Source: a virus
Lineage: Duplodnaviria; Caudoviricetes
Length of the DNA: 60,499 nt
IMG/VR virus record: IMGVR_UViG_3300048833_000767
Coordinates: 1-60,499 of that record
Strand: one strand, 5' to 3'
The number at the start of each line of letters is the position of its first letter. Within the stretch, counting starts at the first letter, position 1. The translations under genes and the position numbers were made by a program. This document shows, one piece after another, positions 17,618 to 27,276 of this stretch. The notes under the pieces were generated by a model. The model saw only the letters and a program-made list of their open reading frames with translations. It was not told where the DNA came from and ran no database searches.

Positions 17618-18010
17618 CTAGAACTGCATTACGCTATCTCTCTAGTCAAGCTCATCACCTATAGCATCGAAGGCACTTTTAAGTGCAAGAGTGTGAGTAT
17701 CACCACTACCATGTATGCAGCAGTTCTGGCGCTCACAGAGGTAGAAAGTATCGCTGATCTTGTAAGTGTTCAGTTCGGTGAGCCAGTACTGAGATCAATC
17801 TTCGGTCAGTAGGAAAGCTTTGGATTTTGTATCTAGCCAAGCCTTCATGATTGCTGCGTTGATTTCTGAGCGAGCCTTGTTGGTTGTAGCGCTCAACAGT
17901 GCTTCGTGGTTCCGTACTTCCTGCGCTAGTTGAGGGTTTAAATCTCCGTTTACCCAATTTGCCGGGTTCTCTTCCGGGAAGTCTTCAAAATACTCTGACA
18001 ATTCACCCAT
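17618..18010 (-). pseudogene. decayed zinc-ribbon protein gene
   Basis: reading continues past TGA at 17795: ED*SQYW...YLCERQNCC...GDELD*R. Confidence 0.55.
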
Positions 18011-18537
18011 AGGGTTGTTCCTTGTCTGTGATGAGCATCAAGTCCTTGTGATGCTTCTAGTGAAGGGGTTGGCTACCGCCCCTAGGTTACAGCCCCCAGA
18101 TTGCTGCTTTTGACCAGAGAGCTGATGACAGTTCCTTGTCATAGGTAGGCTTTGCATGGTGCTCGGATACCGTGCGGGAATCGTACCTCAAATGGTTCTG
18201 GTTGTTGAGCAAAATGAGCACTGAATCAGGAGAGGATCACAGAATTTGTGGGAGGGGTTGCCGGGGGAGTGGTGTCGCCATCTAGCACAAAGCTAACATC
18301 AACCCAAGACGGTAGGACATATCGGCATAAGATAGTGGCCAGAGTTACTCTGGAGGTGGGGGCGGGGGAGTGCATGTGACCTTGGCATAGGTTCAAGTGC
18401 TCTCCGACCGATGCTAGGAGACCGGGTAAACTGATGTTACATGTCTAATCATATTACTATCAAGCCAGTATATATTAACCATAAAGTGTACTAAATAATA
18501 GATAAGAAACCTCTGTAGTTATATGGGTTAAATAGTT

Positions 18538-19026
18538 CTAATACTCATTTTCTTCAATTTCTGATGTTATCATTATTTTTCTCAATTCATTTCTTATTGC
18601 TGACTTTTTAAAATAATCAATTTCTTCTTGGCTCCAAACTTCTTTGTTTTCTTCAATCAGTTTGTAAATTTCCTGTAGTCTATCCTCTGTCTCGATTAAT
18701 CGATTTTTTTTTGATTTTATGTGGCGCTCATGAGCGATCTGAGCTTTATTTATTAGTCCTGAGCTAATAAGACCTCCACCAAGTGAGACTATCGAAAACA
18801 TAAATGCGTTCTTTATAATATCAAACATGGATTTATTGCCATTGCTTTGGAAGTGGGAGGTGATGTTGTCAAATATAAATATTGTAAATGCAGAAAATAC
18901 ACATAGGATAAAGCCGATTACAATGAATATAAATGGTCTTCTCATGAACTTATGGGTTATGCATAAGTAAAGAGAAGTTATAATTACTGCTAAATAAAGT
19001 ACACTGACACCTATTGCTTCATACAT
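18538..19026 (-). CDS. 3-TM membrane protein with coiled-coil tail (moron)
   Basis: hydrophobic segments, AT-rich. Confidence 0.75.
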   Translation of the reverse strand: MYEAIGVSVLYLAVIITSLYLCITHKFMRRPFIFIVIGFILCVFSAFTIFIFDNITSHFQSNGNKSMFDIIKNAFMFSIVSLGGGLISSGLINKAQIAHERHIKSKKNRLIETEDRLQEIYKLIEENKEVWSQEEIDYFKKSAIRNELRKIMITSEIEENEY

Positions 19027-19136
19027 ATTCTGTCCCCTTTAAAAAACACATAATAATGTGGATGGTTTGTCATTTTTTAAGTATGTAAGTATGATGACAT
19101 TTCTCAGATTAAATATCCGAATGGCAGACTCCAGCT

Positions 19137-20096
19137 TCATGATGCAGTAGGCCCAGAACATATGATGGAGACTCTTCTAAAGATTTCATTTTGATGATAT
19201 TCAAGGAACTTAGCCTGTTTGTGGTCGAACGGGCCGACGTTCTTGGGCAGCACAATACCCCACTGCTGTAGGGCCTGCTCGATACAGGGCTCGGCACACA
19301 GCAGATCGCCGGCGTCAGTGAAGGTAATCCAACCACGGTCGAACAGTTTGTCGATGTGAGGGGAGAGCAGCAGGCCGTTTTTCCCATCCAGGCGTTCGGC
19401 GTTATCGCACTCACTCCATGGCTTGATGTGGCTGGCAATCAGCAGGGCCTTGTTGGTGACACCGGTGACCCGGCAGGCGGGCTCTATCTGCTCGAGCCGA
19501 CTACGGAAGAGGCCCTGGCCACGGCGGGATTTGACGAGCTGTAGCTTCTCTGTGCTCTCAAGGGCCGAGGCCTTGATAGCCGCCTCTATTACGTCTTCTA
19601 CTAGTTCGGCCTGGTGATGCTCAATGGCATCAATAAAAGATGGGTTCACTCCCTTCGCCAATGAGAGTACCAGGTGGCCAAGCTCGTCACTGATGCCCGC
19701 AAGGTAGCAACTTTGGTTTCCATTACCGTTGGTCTGCAAAGGCGAGTTCTTCGAGGGGAGCAGTGGAGCTATCAACTCCAGGTGGTCCTTCGGGCGGATT
19801 GGCTTCTCCAGAAGATCCCACTCGATGCGGACTTCCCAGCCTGTATCAGACCAGGAATCGCCGGCGCTGCCGAACTCAGAGGGTTTGAGCTTCTCGCTGC
19901 AGGGTGCTGCAACAAGGCCAATGGCCTTGATAAGCCCGCCGGCGTAGGAGATGACAACATCACCTGGCCGAGTCAGCGTGAGGTTGATATAGGTCTGGTT
20001 CTTCGAGCCGTTGCGGTTGGTCATGGGCGACCAGATGTAGCCGCCCCCGACCTCTGCACTGTACGTTTGCTTATGGTTTACCCACCAGAATGCCAC
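19137..20096 (-). CDS. EVE/PUA-HNH modification-dependent restriction endonuclease (VcaM4I-like)
   Basis: FWWVNHKQT...GGYIWSP N-terminus; CRVTG...ASHIKPW...NGLLL.PH.DKLFD.G. Confidence 0.8.
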   Translation of the reverse strand: MAFWWVNHKQTYSAEVGGGYIWSPMTNRNGSKNQTYINLTLTRPGDVVISYAGGLIKAIGLVAAPCSEKLKPSEFGSAGDSWSDTGWEVRIEWDLLEKPIRPKDHLELIAPLLPSKNSPLQTNGNGNQSCYLAGISDELGHLVLSLAKGVNPSFIDAIEHHQAELVEDVIEAAIKASALESTEKLQLVKSRRGQGLFRSRLEQIEPACRVTGVTNKALLIASHIKPWSECDNAERLDGKNGLLLSPHIDKLFDRGWITFTDAGDLLCAEPCIEQALQQWGIVLPKNVGPFDHKQAKFLEYHQNEIFRRVSIICSGPTAS

Positions 20097-20201
20097 TGTA
20101 ATTCCCTCGAGACTGCTGACTACGGTTAGAGGGGTTATGGTAACCCGAATGGTTCCGTTTGTTGAGGGCGTCAGCCCACTCTGAGGAGGCTGTAGGTGTA
20201 A

Positions 20202-20822
20202 CTAGGTCCTGGTTTTAAGTGTTCGATTGATGAGCATCAATGAGTAAATAGATGTGCTCATATATAGCATAAATAGACCTCCAACTATTACTACTAGTGA
20301 CAGAATCAGGGGGCGGCCACCAAGTGCAAATAGGCCTCTATCTATTTGATATGTTAATGTAATCGCTCCGACAACCAAAAACAACAATCCAAAGAATAGA
20401 TGGTAAAATCCAAAGAAATAATCCAGCAGGCCAACTTTAAGACGGTAACTACTATCATGGGTTTGAATCACTTTTGGATAAAGCTTAAGTGCATTCGCAA
20501 ACTGGTTTAGCGTTCTCTCTCCATTAATTATTTCGTGAAGCATGAAAACTTGATCTATAAGAGATTTTCGTGCTCTTACACCGTATACACACTTAAAGTG
20601 CTCACACTCAATTTCCTCTTTGAGGTTCTTCTTGAATTGTGGGCTTATGTGTCTACTTTTTATAATGTTTTCTAGCTCTGTGACTCGCCTCTTCCTGTGT
20701 TCATGGTAGGCATTCAGTAAAGGGAAATATCTATGTGCAAGGCTAAGTGCAAAGGCTGCGACTAGAACTATAATATGGCCTGATTGAAGGTGATTAGTTA
20801 TTTTCTCAGCCAACTCGAGCAT
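20202..20822 (-). CDS. membrane protein (moron)
   Basis: about 3 TM segments, AT-rich, GAGG RBS. Confidence 0.75.
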   Translation of the reverse strand: MLELAEKITNHLQSGHIIVLVAAFALSLAHRYFPLLNAYHEHRKRRVTELENIIKSRHISPQFKKNLKEEIECEHFKCVYGVRARKSLIDQVFMLHEIINGERTLNQFANALKLYPKVIQTHDSSYRLKVGLLDYFFGFYHLFFGLLFLVVGAITLTYQIDRGLFALGGRPLILSLVVIVGGLFMLYMSTSIYSLMLINRTLKTRT

Positions 20823-21083
20823 GTGTTACCTCTTAATTTAAATTGTCAGTCATCAATAACTCATCATACATTGGACTCAATCTGATATGTATTGTTTTTA
20901 TGTGACATAGTTTGCGGTTTTAGTTAAGCATGCATCTGGGATGATGGTCACCCCGTTATGTATTGTGGATAGAGCAATGATGGAGATCGCTTCTGGTGCG
21001 TGACAGAAATTATCGATAGTGGGTACCATAGTCAGTGCCGGACCTAGACCACCCGGCTGTGTATGACCAAAAGGACCCAGACC

Positions 21084-21377
21084 ATGACCAAACCACATAC
21101 CCGAGATCTATCCATCGAGACCCAAATGGGCCGCGTCATCGCCATCATGAGCGATGGTAAGCCGCGCACCCTGCGCGACATCGAACGTGAGTGCTGGAGC
21201 CGCTACGGCCATGCCGACACCCAGGCCGCCATCAGCGCCCGCCTGCGCGAAGTCTGCTGCCACGGCTGGGTGAAGCACTCCAAAAACCAGACTATCGACG
21301 GCAAGCAGGTGTGGCATTACCACCTCTCGCCGTTTCCCACTGCCGAGGCCGTTGCCGCTAAGGCGGTGGCAGCATGA
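21084..21377 (+). CDS. wHTH-like hypothetical protein
   Basis: TLRDI...TQAAISARLRE. Confidence 0.7.
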   Translation: MTKPHTRDLSIETQMGRVIAIMSDGKPRTLRDIERECWSRYGHADTQAAISARLREVCCHGWVKHSKNQTIDGKQVWHYHLSPFPTAEAVAAKAVAA

Positions 21378-21814
21378 GCTACCCCAAGTATTTCCTGCGC
21401 AGTTCAGATATCCGGTCCCGCGCTTGCCAGTTGGTCGCTGGCCTGCCGGTTGACCAGGACAAGCCGCTAGTCATCGAAATCAAGGAGATGACCCGCTCCC
21501 TGGCCCAGAACGCCATGATGTGGGCATCCCTGACCGACATCGCCGAGCAGGTGGACTGGCACGGCCGCAAGCTCACCAAGGAGGAATGGAAGCACGTGCT
21601 CAGCGCCGCCCTTTACCAGCAGGACGTGGTGCCGAACATCGACGGTACCGGCTTCGTGGTGCTTGGTAAGTCCACCTCCAAGATGACCGTGCGCGAGATG
21701 CGCGATCTCATCGAGATGGCCCAGGCTTTCGGCGCCCAGCATGGTGTGCGGTTTGGGGACGAGTCGCGCCGAGGTTTCGATTGGGTGGCTGCATACGGGA
21801 GGGCTGCGGCATGA
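21374..21814 (+). CDS. ninB: NinB/YbcN recombination protein
   Basis: TRSLAQNAMMWA.L.DIAEQV.W, STSKM. Confidence 0.9.
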   Translation: MSYPKYFLRSSDIRSRACQLVAGLPVDQDKPLVIEIKEMTRSLAQNAMMWASLTDIAEQVDWHGRKLTKEEWKHVLSAALYQQDVVPNIDGTGFVVLGKSTSKMTVREMRDLIEMAQAFGAQHGVRFGDESRRGFDWVAAYGRAAA

Positions 21815-22128
21815 GCAAGACCAAGGCTGATAAGCAGTGGTTGGACGATGTGAGCTCGCTCGGCTGTGTCGCCTGCCGCAATGCAGGCCTGGGGCCGAGC
21901 CTTGCGGAAATTCACCATGTGCGCTCTGGCGTCGGGATGGCGCAGCGCGCCGCTCACACTCAGGTGCTCCCTCTCTGCCCGCGGCATCACCGTGCTTGTT
22001 ATCCCACCGGTTTCCATGCCGCCCCCAAGAGCTGGCAGGCTGAGCACGGTAGTGAGGAGACCCTGCTCGTCCAGGTGACCCGAGAGGTCGCCGAACTGCG
22101 CAAGAACACCATAGGGAGGGCGGCATGA
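21811..22128 (+). CDS. Ref-like/DUF968 HNH-type nuclease
   Basis: GCVAC...EIHH...LPLCPRHHR. Confidence 0.8.
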   Translation: MSKTKADKQWLDDVSSLGCVACRNAGLGPSLAEIHHVRSGVGMAQRAAHTQVLPLCPRHHRACYPTGFHAAPKSWQAEHGSEETLLVQVTREVAELRKNTIGRAA

Positions 22129-22550
22129 TCCACCTTTCCGCCCTCGATGCTACCCGGCTATTGGGTAACAGCCCCAAGGTCAGGAGCGCAGCCAACCAGG
22201 TGCGCAAGGCCCACCAAGTTACCAGCCTGCACGACAAGGTGCAGGCCCAGCTGGCCGGTCTCCCTGACCCCGTCACCGAGCTGCTGTTCCACCCCAAGCG
22301 CAAATGGCGGTTCGACTATGCCTGGGAAGAGCAGATGATCGCCGTCGAGATCCACGGTGGGGTCCACTCCGGTGGCCGGCATACCCGGGGGCGGGGGTTC
22401 GTAGAGGACCGGGTCAAGATGAATGAGGCCGCCCTGCTCGGGTGGACTGTATTGGAGGTTACCCCCGAACACATCAAGACCAGCCAGCTGCGCGCCTGGC
22501 TGCTGAAAGCATTTGAACAGACCAATAACCAACCAAGGACCCGACCATGA
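22125..22550 (+). CDS. Vsr/DUF559-like endonuclease
   Basis: RKWRFDYAW, AVEIHGG, D..K.N.A..LGW.V. Confidence 0.8.
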   Translation: MIHLSALDATRLLGNSPKVRSAANQVRKAHQVTSLHDKVQAQLAGLPDPVTELLFHPKRKWRFDYAWEEQMIAVEIHGGVHSGGRHTRGRGFVEDRVKMNEAALLGWTVLEVTPEHIKTSQLRAWLLKAFEQTNNQPRTRP

Positions 22551-23314
22551 CCAACCTGATTAGCAAAGCCTTTGAAGGGCACAACATCCGTATCGTCACC
22601 GATGAACAGGGAGAGCCCTGGTTCGTTGCGAGCGACATTGCGACGGTATTGGGATATGCCCAAACCAACAGTATGAACAAGCTGATTGATGAAGACGACA
22701 AAGAGAAAAGGGTACTCCAAATTGGAGGAAACTATGTAAATCAATCCCTTATAAATGAGTCTGGTCTTTATCAAGCCATCTTCAGCAGCACCAAGCCTGA
22801 GGCTAGAGTGTTTAAGCGTTGGGTGACAGTTGAGGTTATCCCGAGCATTCGCAAGAACGGTGGCTATATCGTTGGGCAGGAGCAAGACACGCCAGAACTG
22901 ATCATGGCCAAGGCGCTGATGGTGGCCCAATCCGTTATTGAGAGCAAAACCATAGAGTTGCAGAGAGCCAAAGAGCAGATTGCCATCCAGGCTCCGAAGG
23001 CTGATTTTGCCGATCGGGTAGCCGGTGCCGATAAGGGCGTCCTTCTCGGTAACTTCGCCAAAACCGTGGGGATTGGTCCCAAGAAAATTTTCGCCATCCT
23101 GCGTGAGATGCGGATCTTGATGAAGGGCGGCAACCGTCACAATCTGCCTTTCCAGCAGTATCTCGAGCAGGGTTACTTCGAAGTCATCGAGACGCCATAC
23201 GATGCACATGGTGAAATTCGTCTTGCTTTCTCTCCAACGATCACCGGCAAAGGGCAGCAATGGTTGACACACAAGCTTCTCGCTGCCGGCCACCTGCAAG
23301 CTCACGCTGCCTAG
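22547..23314 (+). CDS. antirepressor (BRO-N + ANT/KilAC)
   Basis: PWFVASD, INESGLY, EVIPSIRK.GGY, APKADFAD, ITGKGQQW. Confidence 0.92.
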   Translation: MTNLISKAFEGHNIRIVTDEQGEPWFVASDIATVLGYAQTNSMNKLIDEDDKEKRVLQIGGNYVNQSLINESGLYQAIFSSTKPEARVFKRWVTVEVIPSIRKNGGYIVGQEQDTPELIMAKALMVAQSVIESKTIELQRAKEQIAIQAPKADFADRVAGADKGVLLGNFAKTVGIGPKKIFAILREMRILMKGGNRHNLPFQQYLEQGYFEVIETPYDAHGEIRLAFSPTITGKGQQWLTHKLLAAGHLQAHAA

Positions 23315-23335
23315 CCATCCTGAGGAGGACTGATT

Positions 23336-24034
23336 ATGAGTAAGTCATTAGAAATGGCGTTGCGCCTTTTCTCACCCAAGGGGGCGCTCCATGAGCCATC
23401 ACCCGGTAACGTCAGTAATCTGGGGCGTGACGAGTTTCTCGGGGCCTTACAGGTGGCCGCCAAGAACAATCCGCAGGGGTATCAGTATCTGATGGCCGAT
23501 CACCTGTTGGACATGGAGGCTACTCAGGGGTTGCTGGCTTATTTCAGCGAGACCCTGGGTAGTAGCGAGGCCGGTGGTATGGCCATGGCTATCCTGCTGC
23601 GTCGCCCCCTGCCAGAGCAGTTGGAGCGGCTGGTGTTGTCTCACCCGCACTATGACAAGGAGCGCCGCCGGGCTGCCGTGGTTATGGAGAAGGCCAAGCG
23701 GGCGCACCGTGCTGGCAATGACCACGAGTACCAGCGCCTGCTGGATGAGCGGAACGGGATCCTGTCTCTCGCCCGCGAACACTGTGTGGCTGAGATGATG
23801 CTGTCAGGCCGCTGCCCTCATTGCAATGGGACAGGGCTACGCCCGCGCAAGGCGGATGAGTGCCCGAAGTGCCACGGTACCGGGCGGGTGGTACCGGATG
23901 CTGAGTTGGTCTCTCGCCGGTTCGGTGTGCAGATGCGGCAGGCGGTTGAGCATGCCGTTGATGAGGTGATTCACCAGGCGTCAGATCTGGCCAGGGTCAT
24001 GGACCGGCAGGTGCGGGAGATGAGAGCCGCTTGA
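23336..24034 (+). CDS. Q-like late antiterminator with zinc finger
   Basis: CPHCNGTG...CPKCHGTG; position after nin region. Confidence 0.7.
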   Translation: MSKSLEMALRLFSPKGALHEPSPGNVSNLGRDEFLGALQVAAKNNPQGYQYLMADHLLDMEATQGLLAYFSETLGSSEAGGMAMAILLRRPLPEQLERLVLSHPHYDKERRRAAVVMEKAKRAHRAGNDHEYQRLLDERNGILSLAREHCVAEMMLSGRCPHCNGTGLRPRKADECPKCHGTGRVVPDAELVSRRFGVQMRQAVEHAVDEVIHQASDLARVMDRQVREMRAA

Positions 24035-24096
24035 GTAAATGGTTGAAGCAATGCTATTCATAATAGTGACGTCAATACGCAGCTCGGTGAGGGAAA

Positions 24097-24441
24097 ATGG
24101 AAAGCAAGCTGAAACCTACCGCCCTACAAGTCGCCGCTTGGGGACTCCTCAAAGGCGATTTCTTTGACTTCAACGAGGTAGCTGAGCAGCTGTGTATCCC
24201 CGCTGAGGTGGCGCGCGCGGCCGTGCTTTATCTCCGGTCCCTCAGCTATGTGGACACACTGGCGGAGACGAGAAGCTGCAAGCGTGAGCCCGGGAAGCGA
24301 AGCCCCCGTCGGGTTTTTATTAAGGTGATAGCCATTCATCCTGAGCCGCTTCCAGGTTCACAGTCTTTCAGGCTAAATGTGTTGCGGTCGAAGCTGGCTC
24401 GCCTGTCCAAGGCTATGCCTTCACCTCGGGGCGCTCGTTGA
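24097..24441 (+). CDS. CaiF/GrlA-like transcription regulator
   Basis: VAAWGL...HTH...RVFIKVIAI pattern. Confidence 0.5.
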   Translation: MESKLKPTALQVAAWGLLKGDFFDFNEVAEQLCIPAEVARAAVLYLRSLSYVDTLAETRSCKREPGKRSPRRVFIKVIAIHPEPLPGSQSFRLNVLRSKLARLSKAMPSPRGAR

Positions 24442-24502
24442 AGTTGAGGGGTGTGTTAACGTCACAAAGTTTAGTTAATGAACCCCTCACAATTCTAGTG
24501 CC

Positions 24503-25009
24503 CTATATGTTTGTATATGTCACGTTATAAAATGATGCCCCTGTTCTTTGTGTCGCTAAGTTCAATGTAAAGGGCGGAATCAAGTTTTTATCAACCGCAA
24601 AAACTCTTGTTACACCATTTTTCGAGAGTCTATCAACAGTAATATGCCCATGTTTGATTGTGACAGCGAATCGGTATAACCCCTTGGGAGTCAAAGGGAA
24701 GCTATTATTGGACGCAATAAATGAGTTTGCTGACGCATCCCACATTGATATTGAACTCTCATCATCATCAATGAAAATTGAGACCATTTCTCCCTGGGAG
24801 TCAGCTAGTTCAATTCCTTTCCCATCACCGGATTTAAGAGCGTGTGGTTGAACAGTAAACTCTAACATTCCGAAGCCAATACCCTCAGCTATAATGCTCT
24901 TCTTTACATAATTGGAAGTTTTTAGTTCAATGAAATTAATATCAACAGCTTTGTGTGCATAAGAATTTATTGAGAAGAATAATAAAGATAAGAATATTGC
25001 TTTCTTCAT
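24503..25009 (-). CDS. exported beta-rich protein (moron)
   Basis: Sec signal MKKAIFLSLLFFSINSYA; AT-rich. Confidence 0.7.
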   Translation of the reverse strand: MKKAIFLSLLFFSINSYAHKAVDINFIELKTSNYVKKSIIAEGIGFGMLEFTVQPHALKSGDGKGIELADSQGEMVSIFIDDDESSISMWDASANSFIASNNSFPLTPKGLYRFAVTIKHGHITVDRLSKNGVTRVFAVDKNLIPPFTLNLATQRTGASFYNVTYTNI

Positions 25010-25260
25010 GTAAAACACTCCAGTTATTGCCAATTAAAAATCTAGAATCAACCCAAAATAGAGACTTGGGGATGTCCATATATTGGCTTATGAGCATGGT
25101 AATTTTCATACCCAAGAGCCATAAGGTTTACGCCCCATTTTCCGTTACCCCATCCTCCTTGAGGAAGTGATTGTTGGGGGCGGATGAGTATGGTATCAAA
25201 CAATGATAAGCTTAGTGAATAAACCTTATCATTCTACATTGGTGCACAAGCAAAGATGGA

Positions 25261-26538
25261 TCACTTCACCACAGGTAGTTCGCGGAGCTCGGTGGTATAG
25301 CGGGGGCTGAGTTGTTCCCGTTTCATCATCCACTCCCGAGTATCCCTGCCCCGGGTTGCGAAGTAGACCTTGCCCAGCTGCCCATGGTTGATCTTGTCGA
25401 TGACTTTCATCAGCGCCTCGCTGCGCGGGGACTGCTGCTCCGCTGCGAACAGGTCGCCCTGCTGCATGCCAATGGGGGTGAAGTCGGCAAGCATGACACC
25501 GCCTTTCTGGTAGTGCTGATCTTCAACCCAGATCCGAGATAGAAGGGGGGCGATCAGAGATAGCAGGGCCCGGGTGTCATTGGTGGGAACCGCCAGCTTG
25601 GTGCTGATCTGGTTACCGTAATAGGGGGCCTTGCCACTGAACGGACTGGTGCGGATGAATAGGGTCACATGGCGGCAGCACATTCCCTCAGCCCTGAGCT
25701 TTTCGGCGGCTCGCTCCATGTAGCCGGCCAGGGCTTGATGCATGGGCTCCATGGTGGTGATCCGCTCGCCAAAGGAGCGGGAGCAGATGATCTGCTGCTT
25801 GGCCTGGGCCTCTTGCTCCAGCTCGGCGCAGGGGATCCCCCGCAGCTCCTGCACCGTTCGCTCTACCACAACCCCATATCTCCGGCGAAGGGCCTTTGGA
25901 TCAGCAGCAACCAGCTCGGCAACAGTCTTGATTCCCTGCTCGTTGAGTTTTGCCGACAGTCGCCGGCCGATGCCCCATATCTCATCCACCGGGGTGATGG
26001 CCATCAGGCGAGTGCGCCGCCCCTCGTCACGCAGATCTACCACACCGCCAGTGGCCGGCCATTTCTTGGCTGCGTAGTTGGCGAGCTTGGCCAGGGTCTT
26101 GGTTGGGCCGATACCGACCCCCACCACAAGCCCAGTCCACTGCTGCACCCGCTCGCGAACTTGGCGGCCATACTCCACCAGGTCGCCAGCCCAGCTCTCG
26201 CTCAGCTCGATGAACGCTTCGTCGATGCTGTAGACCTCCACCGCTGGCGCCATTCCCTCCAAAATCGTCATCACCCTCTGCGACATGTCGCCGTAGAGGG
26301 CATAGTTGCTGGAGAACCAGACGCCGCCCATCGCCTCGAAGAACTGACGGATCTGGAAGTAGGGCACACCCATCTTGATCCCCAGCTTCTTGGCCTCAGC
26401 CGATCGGGCCACCACGCAGCCGTCATTGTTGGAGAGCACGACAATAGGCACCCCCTTGAGGTCTGGGCGAAACAGGCGCTCGCAAGAGGCGTAGAAGTTG
26501 TTCACATCGACCAGCGCCACGGCGCAGTTCTTGTTCAT
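25261..26538 (-). CDS. umuC: Y-family DNA polymerase V subunit UmuC
   Basis: [36 protein letters not shown]. Confidence 0.97.
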   Translation of the reverse strand: MNKNCAVALVDVNNFYASCERLFRPDLKGVPIVVLSNNDGCVVARSAEAKKLGIKMGVPYFQIRQFFEAMGGVWFSSNYALYGDMSQRVMTILEGMAPAVEVYSIDEAFIELSESWAGDLVEYGRQVRERVQQWTGLVVGVGIGPTKTLAKLANYAAKKWPATGGVVDLRDEGRRTRLMAITPVDEIWGIGRRLSAKLNEQGIKTVAELVAADPKALRRRYGVVVERTVQELRGIPCAELEQEAQAKQQIICSRSFGERITTMEPMHQALAGYMERAAEKLRAEGMCCRHVTLFIRTSPFSGKAPYYGNQISTKLAVPTNDTRALLSLIAPLLSRIWVEDQHYQKGGVMLADFTPIGMQQGDLFAAEQQSPRSEALMKVIDKINHGQLGKVYFATRGRDTREWMMKREQLSPRYTTELRELPVVK

Positions 26539-26957
26539 GGAGCTGGCATTCTGTGGATGACGAAGGTAACCACGCCGAAAATCTCTAGGTTCTGCCCATC
26601 ACAGAAGTGAATAGGGCGATAGGCCGGGTTTCCCGGTAGGAGGCAGACCGACGGGCTGAGCTGGAGTTGCTTCACCGTGAACTCGCCATCAACGGCTGCC
26701 ACGACCACGCTGCCATGAACTGGCTTGCTGCTACGGTCTACAACCAGCATGTCACCATCGCGGATCCCGTGATCCACCATGCTATCCCCTGCAGCCCGCA
26801 CGTAATAGGTCGCGGCTGGGTGGGCAATGCAGAGCTGGTTCAGGTCGATGGTCTGTTCGACGTAGTCCTGGGCGGGGGATGGGAAGCCGCACGCCGCAGG
26901 GGAGAGGAACAAGGGGATTTCCAATGTCGGGGCGTTGAAATCGGGAACTGCAAGCAT
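26535..26957 (-). CDS. umuD: UmuD (S24 autopeptidase)
   Basis: [20 protein letters not shown]. Confidence 0.95.
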   Translation of the reverse strand: MLAVPDFNAPTLEIPLFLSPAACGFPSPAQDYVEQTIDLNQLCIAHPAATYYVRAAGDSMVDHGIRDGDMLVVDRSSKPVHGSVVVAAVDGEFTVKQLQLSPSVCLLPGNPAYRPIHFCDGQNLEIFGVVTFVIHRMPAP

Positions 26958-26976
26958 GATGGGTGGCTCTGATGTG

Positions 26977-26992
26977 CTGTATATAAATACAG
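26977..26992. promoter_or_regulatory. LexA (SOS) box
   Basis: CTGTATATAAATACAG upstream of umuD. Confidence 0.92.
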
Positions 26993-27081
26993 TATAGCGT
27001 TGCTCTGGGTGAAGATCACCGTGGAGCGATTGGCTCCTGATTGCGGTAAGATATCGGCAAATTCTGAGCGTGGAGTCGCCA

Positions 27082-27276
27082 ATGTCGTTCAATCTGTGTT
27101 CCCTGCCGAAAGAGCAGCAGGAGAGAGTTGAGGTCGAGAAGGCCGCCGCCTATGCGGTATGGAAGGAAAGGAACCCCGAGATCAAGGTGCCAGCCGAGAG
27201 TGAGGCGGGGAACTACAAGGGAGAGATGCAGGCCTACTTCCTGCAGCAGGTGGAGCGGTACCGGAAGCAGAAATGA
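27082..27276 (+). CDS. DNA Pol III theta-like protein (HolE/Hot/DUF3283)
   Basis: NL..L...[15 protein letters not shown] resembles theta. Confidence 0.65.
   Translation: MSFNLCSLPKEQQERVEVEKAAAYAVWKERNPEIKVPAESEAGNYKGEMQAYFLQQVERYRKQK

Noticed and set aside
17795-17797. In-frame TGA as selenocysteine or recoding
   Set aside because: Neighbouring Cys positions are also eroded and a second stop follows, which fits pseudogene decay.
26958-27092. N-terminal extension of UmuD in the ORF track
   Set aside because: It runs through the LexA box; ATG at 26957 gives a normal 140-aa UmuD.
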